DNA from: Pelomyxa schiedti
Taxonomy: Eukaryota; Protista; Evosea
Direction: 5' to 3'
DNA: 64,000 bases
Assembly (NCBI GenBank): GCA_020536535.1
Contig: JAHLWZ010000276.1
Coordinates: 19,524-83,523, forward strand
Under the pieces are notes generated by a model that saw only the letters and a list, made by a program, of their open reading frames with translations, made no database searches and was not told the origin of the DNA. Below are positions 9,861-23,648 of this stretch, piece by piece; position 1 is the stretch's first letter; every line of letters starts with the position of its first letter. The position numbers were made by a program, and so were the translations under genes.

Positions 9861-12800
9861 ATGTCCGCGAATGTACGTCCGGCGGGTCCCTCGACGTACT
9901 CAATAACATCGTCGTCCACGTCAACGTCGACATCGTCATCGTCAACAAACAGTGGCGAAAGCGGCGCCATATCGCCGTCGTCTTCGCGATCTTCTTCGTC
10001 TCTCGCAAGCGATTCGAGCGGCGCCGTAACGCCGACGGCCGCCAAGAGCTACGTCGCGTCGTCTCTGTCGTATTCTGAAATGGCTTCGTCGTCCTCCACG
10101 CCGACGAGAGACAGCACGTTGAAGAACATGCTGGGTCAATCCTCGAGCTTGATGATGGCAATGTTGCAACGGGGAGACGAGGCACTGCCTGGTTTGCAGA
10201 GCCAGGTTGCACAAGGCTCTCAGCAAAGCTCGGGCAAGTCGGGTGATAAAAAGGATAAGACAAAGCAACCCAAGTGGTTAAACACTACGTTTGGAACATT
10301 TGTAGGCATTCCTTGCTCAACTCTTTTTTGTCGGAGGGTAATGGCACTTACTCTTCTAGATACTTGGTGATCTCATTGGCCGTGGTGCCCAATCCAAGGT
10401 GTATCGAGCCATGAGCACCACTGGTGCCTTTGTGGCTGTCAAAAAAATCAACACTGTAGGTGTAGATAATACAATTCTGGATGCTGTGCAGGTTCAACTC
10501 CTTTTTTGAATTACTGTCTTAAAGTTCCTTGCTTGCAGAGAGAGGTAGATATCCTAAAAATGGTTGAACATCCAAATGTCATTAAAGTTATTGGGCTCCA
10601 TAAAACACCTAAGAGCTTGTGTCTGATCTTAGAGTTGTATCTTGGTGTATTCACGTCGTTCTAATGCACAACAACAAATCAAAGATACGCAGAGAACGGA
10701 TCCCTTGACAGACTTTTGAAAGAATTCTCAGCCTTGCCTGAGCCACTTGTTCTTGCCTTTGCAAAGCAGGTCTCTTTTTTATTTCTGTTAAATGAGGTTT
10801 AACTGATTCCCAGATTTTAAGTGCACTTGTATGCCTGCACTCAAAACACATAATACACAGAGATATTAAAGCTGGGAATTGTCTCGTGTCGAAGGTAACT
10901 TTAACAAACAAAATTTAGAAAGTGACCCTTGAAGGACGGTTCTATCAAATTAGCAGATTTTGGAATCTCCACAGTAATGCAAAATGATAATAAAAATTTC
11001 TCTCTTGTTGGGAGTCCTTTCTGGAGTAAGTTCCTTCTACATGCACCCCACAGCTTAACTTCTCCCAGTGGCTCCTGAGGTCATTCAGAACAACGGTCAT
11101 GATGCACTGTCTGATATCTGGTACAATGGCCTTGTTTCCCCAAAAACTCAAAAAGTACAAGGAGTCTTGGAATCACGATTTATGAATTGATAACAGGGAA
11201 TCCACCATTCTATGAGTGAGTCACTTTCATAGTTTATTTTATTCTGACAGTTGTAATTCAGGGGAAGTGGATTCAATGCGATGTTCAGAATAACACAGTG
11301 TGAAATACCCGTTCCAACCAATTGTTCACCGGTACTGTTATCCTGAAAACAGTTTTTTTTTTTTTCTGATGGAATATTAGGAGCTACAAGACTTTCTGAA
11401 GTTGTGTCTTCAAAAAGATCCTAAAGACAGGCCTTGTGCTACGAAGTTGGCCTCCCACCCATGGATTACTGGAAGTGCACTGAATTCTGTACCATCCCCG
11501 CAGCAAGACGAAATGTGCAGAGCGGAGGAGGAAAAAAAAGAGCAGGAACGGCAGTCTCAAATTCAAGAGCAACAACGACAAGAACAGCGAAGGCAAGAAC
11601 TGCAAAGCCAGTCATTGGAGCAGAGTGCTGAGGCACAGGAGTCTCCTGTAAGTTGTTATCTCCTTCCCAACCTTCATAACTCAGTTATGTAGCAATCTAT
11701 GTATGATAGCCTCAGATCTGCGGGTGTGCCCAGAGTTGAAAATATACTTGCTACCCTCCTTGATCCGAATGTCAGCTTGAAGAAAGCACAAGCCCAAGTC
11801 ATGTACGTGAAAACTGTTAAGTGTGCTGAATGTAACAGTTCACTGTATAGACACAACATGAATGCAGCAGAACGCAGGCAGAGGAATCTTAGTATGCCTC
11901 CGGACTGCTTGCAACTAGATGTTCGCGGTGTAGAGACCTATGCCCCTGCACAAGGTTTTCCCCTGCACTTGATTTGATTCATTAATATGGGTGACATGTG
12001 GCATATCCAATAGGCAGTCAGTTACCAAGTGGACCCCCTGATGAGCCTCCCCCAGCCATACAACGTTCACCAATTTCACCCTCCACACCTCCCAATAGCC
12101 CTTCTAAGTTTCCTAATTCCCAGTTAAGCCCAACATCGCGGAGCATTATTTCACCTCATACGAGACATTTAAGTCACACGCCTCCACAGGTACCAGCATT
12201 GAAGCTTAATCTCCTAAATTTGCCTGCAACACCTATGCCCTCAGCACCTCAGCCCACAGACCAACCTCACGTTCAGCTCCGGTTTTCTCCCAGAGCACAA
12301 CCACCCCATCTCCACCCTCTTTCACCCCTTCAACAGCGCACTTCATCGACAAATCTCCTGGCTAACATCCCGGAAGTCACCAGCTCTCCACGCCATCGCA
12401 ATCTATCGTTTGCGGTTCCTTCTCCAAGAAGCACTCCCTCTCCACCACAAACACGACAGCCATACATTCCCCAGTTGCAGCCTTACATTCCCCAGTTGCC
12501 AAGCACAAATGTTCCTTTCTCTCCACGGCAAGCTAACCCTGCAGCTGCCCATCTCCCCATCTATGTCAATCCAAGCATCACTCCCTCAGCAGTGGCGGCC
12601 AGTATTTTCCACACTCCCGCTTCCTCCTCACCTCTCGTTACCAATGTCCTTAGGGCCCCAACACCTGAAACCAACACACCACGTAGAAGGCACGTTTCCA
12701 TGGCTGTTACCCCTACAACTCCCACTGTTCCAGTCGAGGCAATTCGTGCTCCCCTATCTTCCCGACCTCCCCCTGAAAACCAACAGGGTGATGAGGAACC

Positions 12801-15518
12801 GGGTCATCATCACCACAAGCACGAACACCATAGCAAGCCAGGACACCACACACCTGAGACCCCCCGATCCAGTTCTAAATCAAAACATGCTCGCAAACGT
12901 AGTAGTACTTGTGAAGTACCTCCACTCTCAGCAAGACAACCTGGCATGGCACTCCCCCTCTCAGCAAGGCAACCGACTGCAAACAGAACTCCACCTCTAG
13001 CAATAGAATCACACGAAACGATCTCGGAGACCTCAGACCCACTACAAGACCCTGAGCCGATAATGGAAAAGGCAACGCGAGTTCCCGCCGATGCATCAGC
13101 AGTGGTGGAGCACATGGTTTGATTTACCTTCTTCACTTACAAACGAATTTAATTGTCTCCTCCCCAAAACAATGGCAGTCGGAATCGCAGTTAGCACAAC
13201 AACTGAACAAGATGAGGGAATATTTGGTTGACGTTGGGAGAGAAAGAGCACCATCTTATCCTTCCATACAAATAAAGGTATCACAAAAACTAGCTATTTG
13301 AAGTAACTGATTTCTAGCCCCATCTCGTTCTTTCATTGGAACCCGCCATGGTAAAATCTGTTCCCTGCTCTCGTATATGGTCTCTAATGCTTGTCAAAGG
13401 GGTTGTATGGGTGTGTAATATGTTGATTTTTTATCCCAGGAAATAACTGTCAATCAAAAGGTTGGCGGTAGTGAGGGGACAGTCTTACTCTGGGAGGCAG
13501 AAACCTTCAACCAATTCAGTGTTGTACAGCTACATGATACTAGGGTTTACTGCATGCTCTTAGTTGGTGACAGTGTTTATGTTAGCTCTGAGGAAGGGTA
13601 TATTTTTGTAGTGAACGCTCAAGTATAATTCACTCCTTCTCTTTACATTCTGGTAATTCTTCTGTGCAGAGTTTAGCCTTCCACAAAGTTCGAGTTCATG
13701 ACAAAGCACACCCAATAATTAAATGTATGCATCCAGTCACTAGTTCCCCAACTGGAGCCAACACCGGCGACCTGGCGGGCCTCGGAGCTGGAGGAGTAGA
13801 CCCACATGTTTGGAGTTTTGGATGTGGGGCTGATGGGACACAGATCGCCATTCTTTATGTTGTCTCTTACCCCTTCTTAAAAAACTGATTTTTCAACTTC
13901 AGAAATCAAAAGTACATGGCCAGTCTACATTCCGGGTGCATGGTCAATTCACTATACCACATCAAGCGAATTCAGTGTGTGTCCTAGATAATACTGTTTG
14001 GATGGGCTGCTACGGCAATTTGGTGTACATTCCGAATGCTACCAATTTCAATTCTACTGGAAGTGGTGTAGTTGAGATCAAAACTAGCGACTTGCACATG
14101 AAGGAAATTACTCTCCCCCGGAGAAGGAAAGTGGGTTCCATTATCGCCGTGGGGGTCCACATTCTTGCTGCTTGTGGAAACACAATATTTATATGCCAAA
14201 AGGAGGGAATAGTATGTCCTCCAACTACCTGTAAACTTCTCATTTTTCAAAGATAAACCAAATTCAGCAAGAATCGGAGATAGAACGCCTGTGTTTATTC
14301 CAAAATCTTATCCTCTCAAGCCACTTCAATGGGAATATTGTCTGTTATGATCCTATTTGCAACTACCGGCAAGTCAGAGTTCTTAGATTTCCAGATAAAC
14401 CTTTGGGCTCTTCTGCTTGTATAGCCATGAATTCAACTTCATCCTCCACTGCAACTGGAACACCTGCGGAGCCTCAGCCAGATAAGAAGCACTCAACTGA
14501 AGCCAGTGCAACAGGAGTTGGAAGTACTGTCAGTGGTGACTCTGACAATGAAATGGAGAGTGCTAGTGCAAGTGCGACTCATGAATCTAATACGGCCGCT
14601 CGTGATTCTACTCCTGTTGATCCCAACTTTGGATGTGGAAAACGACTTGCAACAGTGCTAGGCCCTGTTACATATTCATCGTGGTTTGGTGAGTGTGGTG
14701 TGAAATCACTACTCCCTGTGGTTCTGGAAGACAGTGCCTCATTCTGGGCAGGAAACACCAGCAATCTCCTGTGTGTTTGGAGACCCAGCCTTCCACCCAG
14801 CCTCGTCACTGGGAATGCATCTGGAATCCCGACTAATCCAACATTACGTGCCCTCACCTCTACAGCAACCAACCCCCTTCTGTTTGCCAATCCTCTCAAT
14901 CCTTTGTCAGTACCAGCACCTCCGGTCTTCCCAATTTCCAGCACAGGCTTCTCCACAAACCCCCAAACGCCCCGCGCAATGTCATCCTCTGTACCCGAAC
15001 ACCCGCAACCCTGCACCCCAAGACCTACCTCAGCATCAGCCTCTCCTGTACCCAACATCAAGCACAACAACTTACTATTATCCCCACTTAAAGATAACCC
15101 CAAAATACTCACAACCACTACCACCACTTCCACAACCACCACAATAACCTCCACAACAACAGTCACAGCCCCCGGCAACACAAGCAATTTGGTTCCACCA
15201 CTGAAATCGCCCAGGCACATGAAATCCCCAACACCGCTTGACACATCACCGAAGCCGGAAACCAACAACACTGATGCCGGAAGTCCAAAACCCAGCAGCC
15301 GGCACCACCATCACAAGCACCGCCACCACAACCGGGGCACAACCAATCACTCCACATCGCCGTCCCCAACCCCTAATGATTCACCCAGTACTTCCCCACC
15401 GCCACCACAACACCAATCAGATAGCAACAACAACAGCACTGGCACCACACCAACATCCCCTCCACAAATGACTGTATCCACTCAAGTACCAGTAACACCA
15501 CGTGGAGGGAGACGATAG
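9861..15518 (+). CDS. STE-group (Cdc15/SepA-like) Ser/Thr kinase with Pro/Ser-rich linker and C-terminal beta-propeller-like region; multi-exon
   Basis: Spliced kinase motifs IGRGAQSKVY, VAVKKI, LEYAENGSL, IIHRDIKAGN, KLADFG, VGSPFWMAPE, SDIWSLG, LCLQKDP..RP; WD-like strands at about 13340-14800 (e.g. VGGSEGTVLLW, VWMGC, FWAGNTSNLLCVW). Confidence 0.88.
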
Positions 15519-15815
15519 ACTAAGGACTGTTATTATTAACTGTGAGAGAGGTTTGTACTATGTACGTATGTGAACTGTTGTATACAACATCAGCACCCTG
15601 TGTATCATTCACGTTTGTACCTAACCCCAACAAATAAGAGAAAAAAAACTCTTTGAAACCGTTTTTAAAATTTAAAAAAAAAGATGTGTGGCAACTTTCC
15701 AGAATAAGTTTGAAGTTTGGCAACGTTGTTTTAGTTTATAAACTGGGCATAACAAATACTGTATCTGTCCTCGATTGTTTCTCCTCTCATCCTGTAGTGT
15801 TTTTGTTGTACAGCA

Positions 15816-16585
15816 TCACTCTGCTTTCTTCTGTTTGTTGGTGTTTGTGGGTGGTGTGTTGCTTTGGGTGCTGGTAGGCTTGGGCTTTGGGTGTTCTATT
15901 TCTGTGGATTCAATGTACGCTTTGAAGAACGAGGGTAGTCTCCATATTATAAACATCAAGCAAAGCGTAAGTCCGGTCAGGTACTGTCATATTAGATAGT
16001 AAGAAATTAATAATTTGTAATGTGGGGTTACAAACCATATTGCGTTGTGCCCGGAACAACCTGGGAAAGGAGGAAAAAGTTAGTGACACAACACAGAGAA
16101 AAGTTCAAACACAATATCACGCTTAGACACTTATGAAGTGCCAAGAAGAATGTAAGACATACAGACTGTAATCGGCAGGTAGAACATGGTCACTTGTTGA
16201 TATCTTCACGCGGTGGTGTTGGTACTCAGTGACACTAGTGTAACACAGTATCCCAATGCCAGTAGCAACCATGGCCATCGGAACCCTGCCAAAAAATGTG
16301 AGCAGAACATACAAGCGTAAGAGAATAATTTTATAATAAATAATGTTATACATAAGGGGTAAATGCAATTAATTGGTCGCATCGGCAAATGATCAATTCG
16401 CAACAACACGCAACAGGCAACTACCGACAAATTGAGGCGGGGGAAAAAAAAACCAACCTGGCGTAGGAAGGGAACGTCGACATAGCACGAAAAATAGATC
16501 GAGGCCACGGCAGCAGCGCTCCCATAACTGCGAGAGCGCAACCCGACATGGTCCAGAAAACGATCCCCCAAACCGTCATCCCCAT
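15816..16585 (-). CDS. BAP29/BAP31-like ER membrane protein
   Basis: Spliced product has three hydrophobic segments, the family motif LFRAQRNMYLTGLTL and a C-terminal KKAE dilysine ER-retrieval signal; lacks the long coiled-coil of animal BAP31. Confidence 0.8.
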
Positions 16586-16856
16586 TGCCACTAGTACCGC
16601 TGTTTCTGCTTCTGATCTTTAGCAGAAACTTGGGAGGGCCCTCCAATCAACTTTTTGCCATGCCCTCCACCAACTGTTTGCCGGAAATACAATTAGCTCT
16701 ACACGAGAGGTTTTGCCCTGAGAAGAAGCATCTCCTGAGGTTGTTCATAGATTCAGTTGCTCCAGGTGAATTCTGTTTCTTGTTCTAAGCGCAATCATCG
16801 TGCGAGGCATCGTTACCCGGCGACCAGAGGATCTCCGCGTTTATTATTACGAACAA

Positions 16857-18299
16857 ATGAGGCCGTTGTTACTTAAGGCGCACACGCGTCCAATAACGCA
16901 CATCGAGTTCAACAAAGAGGGCGATCTGCTGTGGTCAACATCAAAAGACAACTCTCCTGTGGTACTTATGCGTGTTCTAATGTTTTTTTCTCCCCTTGTT
17001 GTTGTTTTGCTTTGTATTTGTTCCTAACGACGATGAAATGAGTAGCTGTGGAGGGTGGAAAATGGTGAGAGGATTGGTACTTATGATGGGCACACTGGTT
17101 CCGTTTGGTTTTGCTCTGTTTCGGCAAACTCAAGATTACTTCTCACTGCAAGTGCCGACCATACTGTTAAACTGTGGGACGCCAGGAGAGGTAATGCTTT
17201 ACCATTTTGCGGTTGTCATTTCACACGTCCAGGTGCGGAACTAACTACCTTTCCCCACCCAAACCCCGTTCGTTGTGTTCAATTCAGTGCTGGTGACAAC
17301 TTCTACGTTTCGGCAACCGATCAGGTTTGTTCTGATCACATTCTGCTACTCTAATTTACTGGCATTTAGGTGTTCCATAAGGCCCCACATATTTTGATTT
17401 ATAAATTGGCGGCAGACCCGCATGATAATTCTTCTACTCCCGTCATGGATATCCTAGGGCCAAACCCTGAGATGAAAATCAACAACGTTGCCTGGGGTCC
17501 GCTCAATAGGTTTTTCTTCTCGTATTATTGTTCTATTATGTTGACAAAGTGAAAGGACATTATATTGTTGCAATGAAGACGCCACCGTAAGAATATATGA
17601 CACTGAAAGTGGGAAACAAATTGTACTGCCGCTATCCTCGGTCTTTTTGATCTAATTTTTCTGTAGGGGGAACTCAGGGATCATGCTAAATCCGTCGTGC
17701 AGCTTCAATTCGATCAACACCAATTACTCTTTGTGACTGCTTCCAAAGACGGCACAGCCAAGTATTCTGTCAACCATCACCTCCATTAACTCTTTCTAGA
17801 TTGTATGATGTTCGAACAAATAAACTGCTGAAGACTTACGAGACTGGCCGACCTGTCAACGTTGCCACAATATCTCCTCTTAAAGTATGCATTATGTCCC
17901 ACAGCCAAACCCTCAATTAGACATCAATAGGATCACGTTCTCCTTGGAGGAGGTCAAGATGCCGGCATAGTCACAACCACTTCACATGATACCAAACAGT
18001 TCAAAGCAGTACTCTTTGACCTCATTCGTGAAAATGAGATAGGCCGTATCGCCGGCCATTTCGGTCCCATCCACACCGCTCAGTTCACTCCCGACGGAAA
18101 AGGCTACGCCAGTGGCTCGGAGGATGGTTATGTCCGGCTCTACATGTTTGACAAGTCCTACCTTGAAGAAGGTAGACCCAAAGCAGCCAAAACCGCGTCA
18201 ACTACAACCACAACAACCGCATCATCAGAATCCACAAGCACAACAACAACCACCACCAAGACAAAGACCAAGGCCCCCAAAACCAGCAGCAAATCCTGA
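16857..18299 (+). CDS. EIF3I: Eukaryotic translation initiation factor 3 subunit I (WD40)
   Basis: [72 protein letters not shown]. Confidence 0.95.
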
Positions 18300-18539
18300 G
18301 AGCGACTCCCTCCCAGTAGTCACCCTCAAATCACTGACACTTACACACAACTATCTAATGTACCACATCTTAGATGGTGCCTTTGTGTTAAACACTTGAT
18401 GCTGCTCCCTTTCCCAAAAGTACTCTGGATTTTGGAAAACAAGAAAGAATATTTCCTTTGTCTATTATGCACAACAGCCTTTTTGTTTTTCACTTTGTTT
18501 AGATTAGAATAAACAACCCCTATCACCCTACATTGGTGA

Positions 18540-21500
18540 TTAGGAGGACAAAGCAGCCTTAAGTTCATCCAAGTGTGTTAGCAGTCCAACAAATACACCA
18601 AACACCTTTGGAAAAGTTAGGGGCATTCAATGTAGGGCAGGGAAGACAGTACATGTTGCATATTAAATATGTCCACATCAGAACGTGGTCTCAACACATT
18701 GGGTGCAAATACGATGGCTAGTGAGAATTGAAATTTAGATGCAGAAAGATGCGGAAGAGAATTGGGAACCTATATTCTTCTTATCCATTTTGTTGGATGC
18801 GGAGAGTTCCGTTACTTGGTGCAGGAATTGAAGGAGGTAGAGCAGAGTAGAGCAGTTAGGTGCCGGAAGCTGTTTCAAGAGAACCAGCACTTCCGGAACG
18901 AATTTCGGCCCATCCACAATGCTATCTTTAGTACGTGTTAAGTAATTCTGTGTTACTGGGTGTTTTGGGTACCAAGTTCGAGGAAGTCATTGTATAAATC
19001 AAAAGAGAATAGCGGATCTACCATGTCCCTGGAAGAACATCAGAAGTGAGAGGAATGTTAATCAGGATACCTGAAGAAGGCCTTCAGAACGGCACCGCAG
19101 GTAAGAGGATCATTGGCACTGGTAAAGGTAAAGTCGGGTGTTGCTAGTAGGATTTGAGTGTGCAAGAAGTTGGAAAAAATTTTAAAATACATTCTATGTA
19201 TTGTCTCAGTGCCGCTACTCTTGTAGCGGAACCGGAAAGCCTAAATAAGCCTTCAGTGCTCATAGCTATTTTGTTGTTGTAAATCATTCAGATAACAAGA
19301 GCAGTGGGTGGTCGTACATGGAATTAGGTGTTCAGTTAGTCTGGTAACTATGTTTGGCACACCAGTTCCCGCATTTTCTCTGGCAATGAGTTCGGCCAAA
19401 GGAACACCAAAAACTGTTTTGTGTCAGAGAGAAGGCTGTGTGTTCTAATCTTGCATAATACCTTTATTTTTTCGTGCCAACTCTTCGAGTATTTTTGAAA
19501 TCTGTGTGTGAAACCTTTTCTTGTCATCGTCGTTTGCAAATCTCAGAGTGACTCGCTGTTCTGCCTGAATCAGTGTTACCTCTATTTTCGCATCTTTGTA
19601 ACAAATAAGTGAGTTCCCTTTTTTCTGGGGCACACTCTACCATTCGTTTCCAACCGCAGATTTGCCCATGGAAATGCATTGGCAGGAATCCATTTGCCAA
19701 TTTCTTTTTTATTCCGTGAAGCTAGTAAAACAAGATCGGAAAACACAAAGTAATGCCTTACGAATATATGTATCAAATTGGAAGAAAAATGCTGCATACC
19801 GTGTGGAGGTTTTCTTGGTTTTCTTTTTCACAAGAGCCACACAATCTCCATCAGAGACGATTTGCCTATTTTCATCTTCGGGGAGCAACTTAAAATAAAA
19901 TAAATAATCCAACCACTGAAATAGGTAGTACCTTTGACCATCCACCAATTTTTCGCACCACTTCAATTACTGCAGCTCTGGCAGATAGAGTAAATAACAA
20001 GGATATTGGTACATGCAAATAATACCTCCTTCTTCCTTTCAGAACTGATTCATGTACAACTTTGCCCCAGTGGCCTGTAAAAGTTTACATCAGCTACTAT
20101 TCTCTGTCAAGTGGGAGAAGATAAAATAACAAGGAAGCGTAATCACCAACAAGAGCTTGAAGCTCTGCAAAACTGGTGTATGCCGGGCATGTGGAAGGTA
20201 TTGCATCAACAAACCTCTTGTCAAATGGTGAGGAGCAAAAGAGAAAAACGGTGTAATACTTGGAAGGCCATCTCATAGTTGGAAAGGTGGTTAAGAGGTG
20301 ATGTCATTAGGTCATTTAAGCTCAGTCCGTAATAGCTTGTGGCACTAGCTTTTTCCAAAAAAGCAGCAAAACGGGAGTTTGCCTGAGAAAGGTGCTCTAC
20401 AGTGCTGTGGCAAGCTTGATAATTTTGCACGTATACACCTGGGATTTGGAACGATAAGGAACGCAGATAAATGGATGCAATGACAACCATAAACAGAAAA
20501 TCTTGGAGCAATTTGTGTGAATATCCGAGCAACTCCATCAAACTTTGGGTAGTTTGTATCAAGTAACTGAGCAAAACTCAGGGGATAAAATATTTTAAAG
20601 GTAGTATTACGTCTTCAATGAGTTTCAAAACTTCTTGATGTAGCATATACAATTGTTGTACTTTCCCAAAAATAAGAGGCACATCACTTGCAGGTATTAC
20701 CTTAGATTGGGCTAAGTTGCAAAAAGTTGAGACAGAGGCCTACAGCTTCTCCAGATTTATCTTCTTGCAGAGGAAGCAGGAAACTCTTGAAAGTTGTTGG
20801 ATGAAGTCACACTAGGTTGTGGTGGACATACATAAACTATTGCCGCTAGTTTTTGATTATAAGTGCGCTCTGCTTTCAACAATTCTCGGTATGCTTGTAC
20901 TCTTGGTAAAGAGTAATCCCTCTCTAGAAGGCAAGTCAAAAATTAGATAAGTAACAAGTAAAAATTGGCACACTTATAATTGCATATTGTCTTCGGGCAA
21001 GCTTGCCTCGCCAAAGAGCTTGAATTCTCACAATTTGTTTCTTGAGTGTATTAGAAGAGCCCCAACGGAACATATCTTTACACACCAGAGGAATATTTTT
21101 ATGTGGCATCTCTCTGACTCGTGATTTGAGTTTATACGCATAGGCTCCAGTAGCATCGGTTAATTGAGCATTACCATCGGCAGTGCTGGAGGAAGAGTCA
21201 TTTAACACAGCTGCGCTTCTAACTTCAGTTGTTGCTGGAGAAGTTACTGGAGCAGTAGCAGTTGTAGTTGTGTTCCCCCCTATGGCACCCCCAACAATAG
21301 AACCAGAGGAGATCAAAGAAAGCCAAGATTCATCAAATGGCTTTTGTTGACTCACTGATACTCCTGGGGAAGGAGACTTGTGAGGTACAGGTGGGAGGTG
21401 CTTTTCTGGGGCATGGTGACTGGGTTTATCTTGCTGTGATACTTGCGAGGAAGGAGGTTCATCCAAAGAAATTACCGGCATTTCCGAACCTGTATTTGGG

Positions 21501-23485
21501 CATGTTGAACTTTGGGGGTCACTTTCAGGAGACGAAGGTGGTGAAGGCGATGTTGCTGCTGGGGGAGGCAACGGTGGAGGGCCATCAACAGCCTCCTTGT
21601 GACCTGGATCTTTTTGGTCAAATCTTGGGGAAGTCTCAGGTGGTGTAACCGGGCTTGTGTGCTTTTCTGAGAGTGGTGGTCTAGAAACTTTTGGCGGAGG
21701 CAGGGGCTTAGCTGCTCTTTGCGGTGGCGGTGTAGCAGGTGTTGTAGTTGTAGAATCGGTGGATTGTTGTAACTGGTTGGGGGTGCGTCTGGTTCCTAGC
21801 TGAAACTTACTTGCTGCTGGCGAGTTATGGTGCTGCACAGTAACAAATTTGTTACTATCAGTACTTGATGTAGAAGTAGTGGGAGAATTTGGGGTGCCTG
21901 GGGCAGATTGTGGAGTAGCACACTGGTCATTAGTATTACTAGAAGTTGATTCAGCCAACTCAAGGCCATCTTTTTGGGATGTAGAAAGTGAAGGTTGAGG
22001 AGTCTCTGAGTGTTGAGGCTGATTGTTAGCTGTTGACTCTTGAACTGACGAACAGTCATGTTGAGGGGATTCTGAAGTTATTGCTAGGGGAGAGAGGGGG
22101 ACTTCATGAGAAGGTTCACTAGTTGGTGGGACTGAAGGGGGTTGATTTGCGTGGGTGGGCAGTATTGGTTGTCCTGTACCAGTGGTGGAACTCTTGAGGG
22201 TAGGCTTTGGAGGACAAGGTGTTTGCCTTGTTGTCATTGGAGAATACGTTGCCGGTTTTGGGGAGGAGGGAGGTTTAGGAGTAAAGAGCACAGGTACGGT
22301 GATAATGTCAATGGAATGTTCCATTTTTGGGCTCTCGCTCTTTTCTAAGGCTGGTTGCGAGTTAGAACTGGAATCGGCGCGAGGTGATTCAACGGAATTG
22401 ACTGGAAGACTCTCTTTAGATGGAGCTGGTTGCGTATGTACCGGTGAAGGTGAAGCGGTATTGGGGTGTACTGAAGGATCCTGGTGAGGTGGTACCGATT
22501 TTGGTGGAGGTGGTCTTGGAAGAGTGGGAGATGACGATCCTGTGGCAGGGGGAGGAGACTTTGGTCCTGCAGGAAGGGTTCGAAGAGGAGGGGTTGGAGG
22601 AGCAGAGCTTGTTTTTGCGGTGACCGGGTGGACACTAGGGGTTGTCTTGGGTGGTGGCGGCGGTGGTTGTGTTGTTGCCGGTGCAGTGGTACTAGTACCG
22701 CCCGGAAAGTTCGTGGTTTTAGTTACTGGAGCTTGTGGAGATTCAGAATCTGCAGTTTGTGGCTGAGTGCTCTGAGATGGTGGAGGAGAAACTGTTCGTC
22801 TCTCCGTGGTAGAGCTGTGCTGTTGGTTGTTGTTGCTAGTAACTACAGGGGGAGTACCAGTTACAGGTGCAGCGGAGGAATCCGTATTTGCCAACGCAGT
22901 TGCACATACAGGTGTATTTGGATTTGACTCTGTTCCATTGATGCTGCGGGTTGGTGGTGGTGACATGGAGTGCTGCTTTTGTGCTGGTTTTGTGGTGATG
23001 CCCCCGGTTGAGGAAGGGTTGGAAGACCGCAATGAGGTGTTACTCTGTGAATGAGTAAGAGCTGCAGATGTGGTGGCAGGAGTGGGTGGTAAGCAGGAGG
23101 AAGAGGATAGGGGTGTTGGTAGCCTTCTTGGGTTTGGCAATGGTCTTGGAGTTGCCTATTTTTTTGTTTACATTGAATATATTACCATAAAGGTAACCCA
23201 CCACATTATAATGTCATAGACTTGATAAAAGGCATAGATAAAAATAATAAAACAAAAACAGAGAACAAACAAACGTACGTGGAGATTCCCCGGCGACGAT
23301 GACGTAGGGTTCTGCGAACCACCCCCGCCACCGCCATGCGCCAGCACGCCATTATGGGTTGTAGTTGTCGTTGTAGTTGCGGTGCTCGTTGCAACCGCGG
23401 GCCCTGGTGGTTGTGCACCCATAACTGTGTCGCCTCCCCCGACGCTTGTAGCCCCTCGTGGCGACGGCGACGACGTTGTGGCCAT
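18540..23485 (-). CDS. Pro/Ser/Thr-rich + IQ + RhoGEF (DH-PH) + RhoGAP protein; multi-exon
   Basis: IQALWRGKLARRQY (IQ); RELLKAERTY and LSLNDLMTSPLNHLSNY (DH); PH-like strands; VFGVPL, TEGLFRLSGS (arginine finger), VLKAFFR..DPLFSF, SNKMDKKNI..VFAPNVL (RhoGAP). Confidence 0.85.
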
Positions 23486-23648
23486 CACTGATTAAGTGGT
23501 TAGTGAGTTGATGAGACTCACTGGCGTGCTCTGTGTCTTTTGGCTGTTGTGTGTGGGTGTTACGCGAAAGCTGCCAAACAACGATTTTTTTTTCGTTTTT
23601 GCAGATTTCTAGAGGCATCCATCGCACACCACAGGTGGAAATTCCAGT

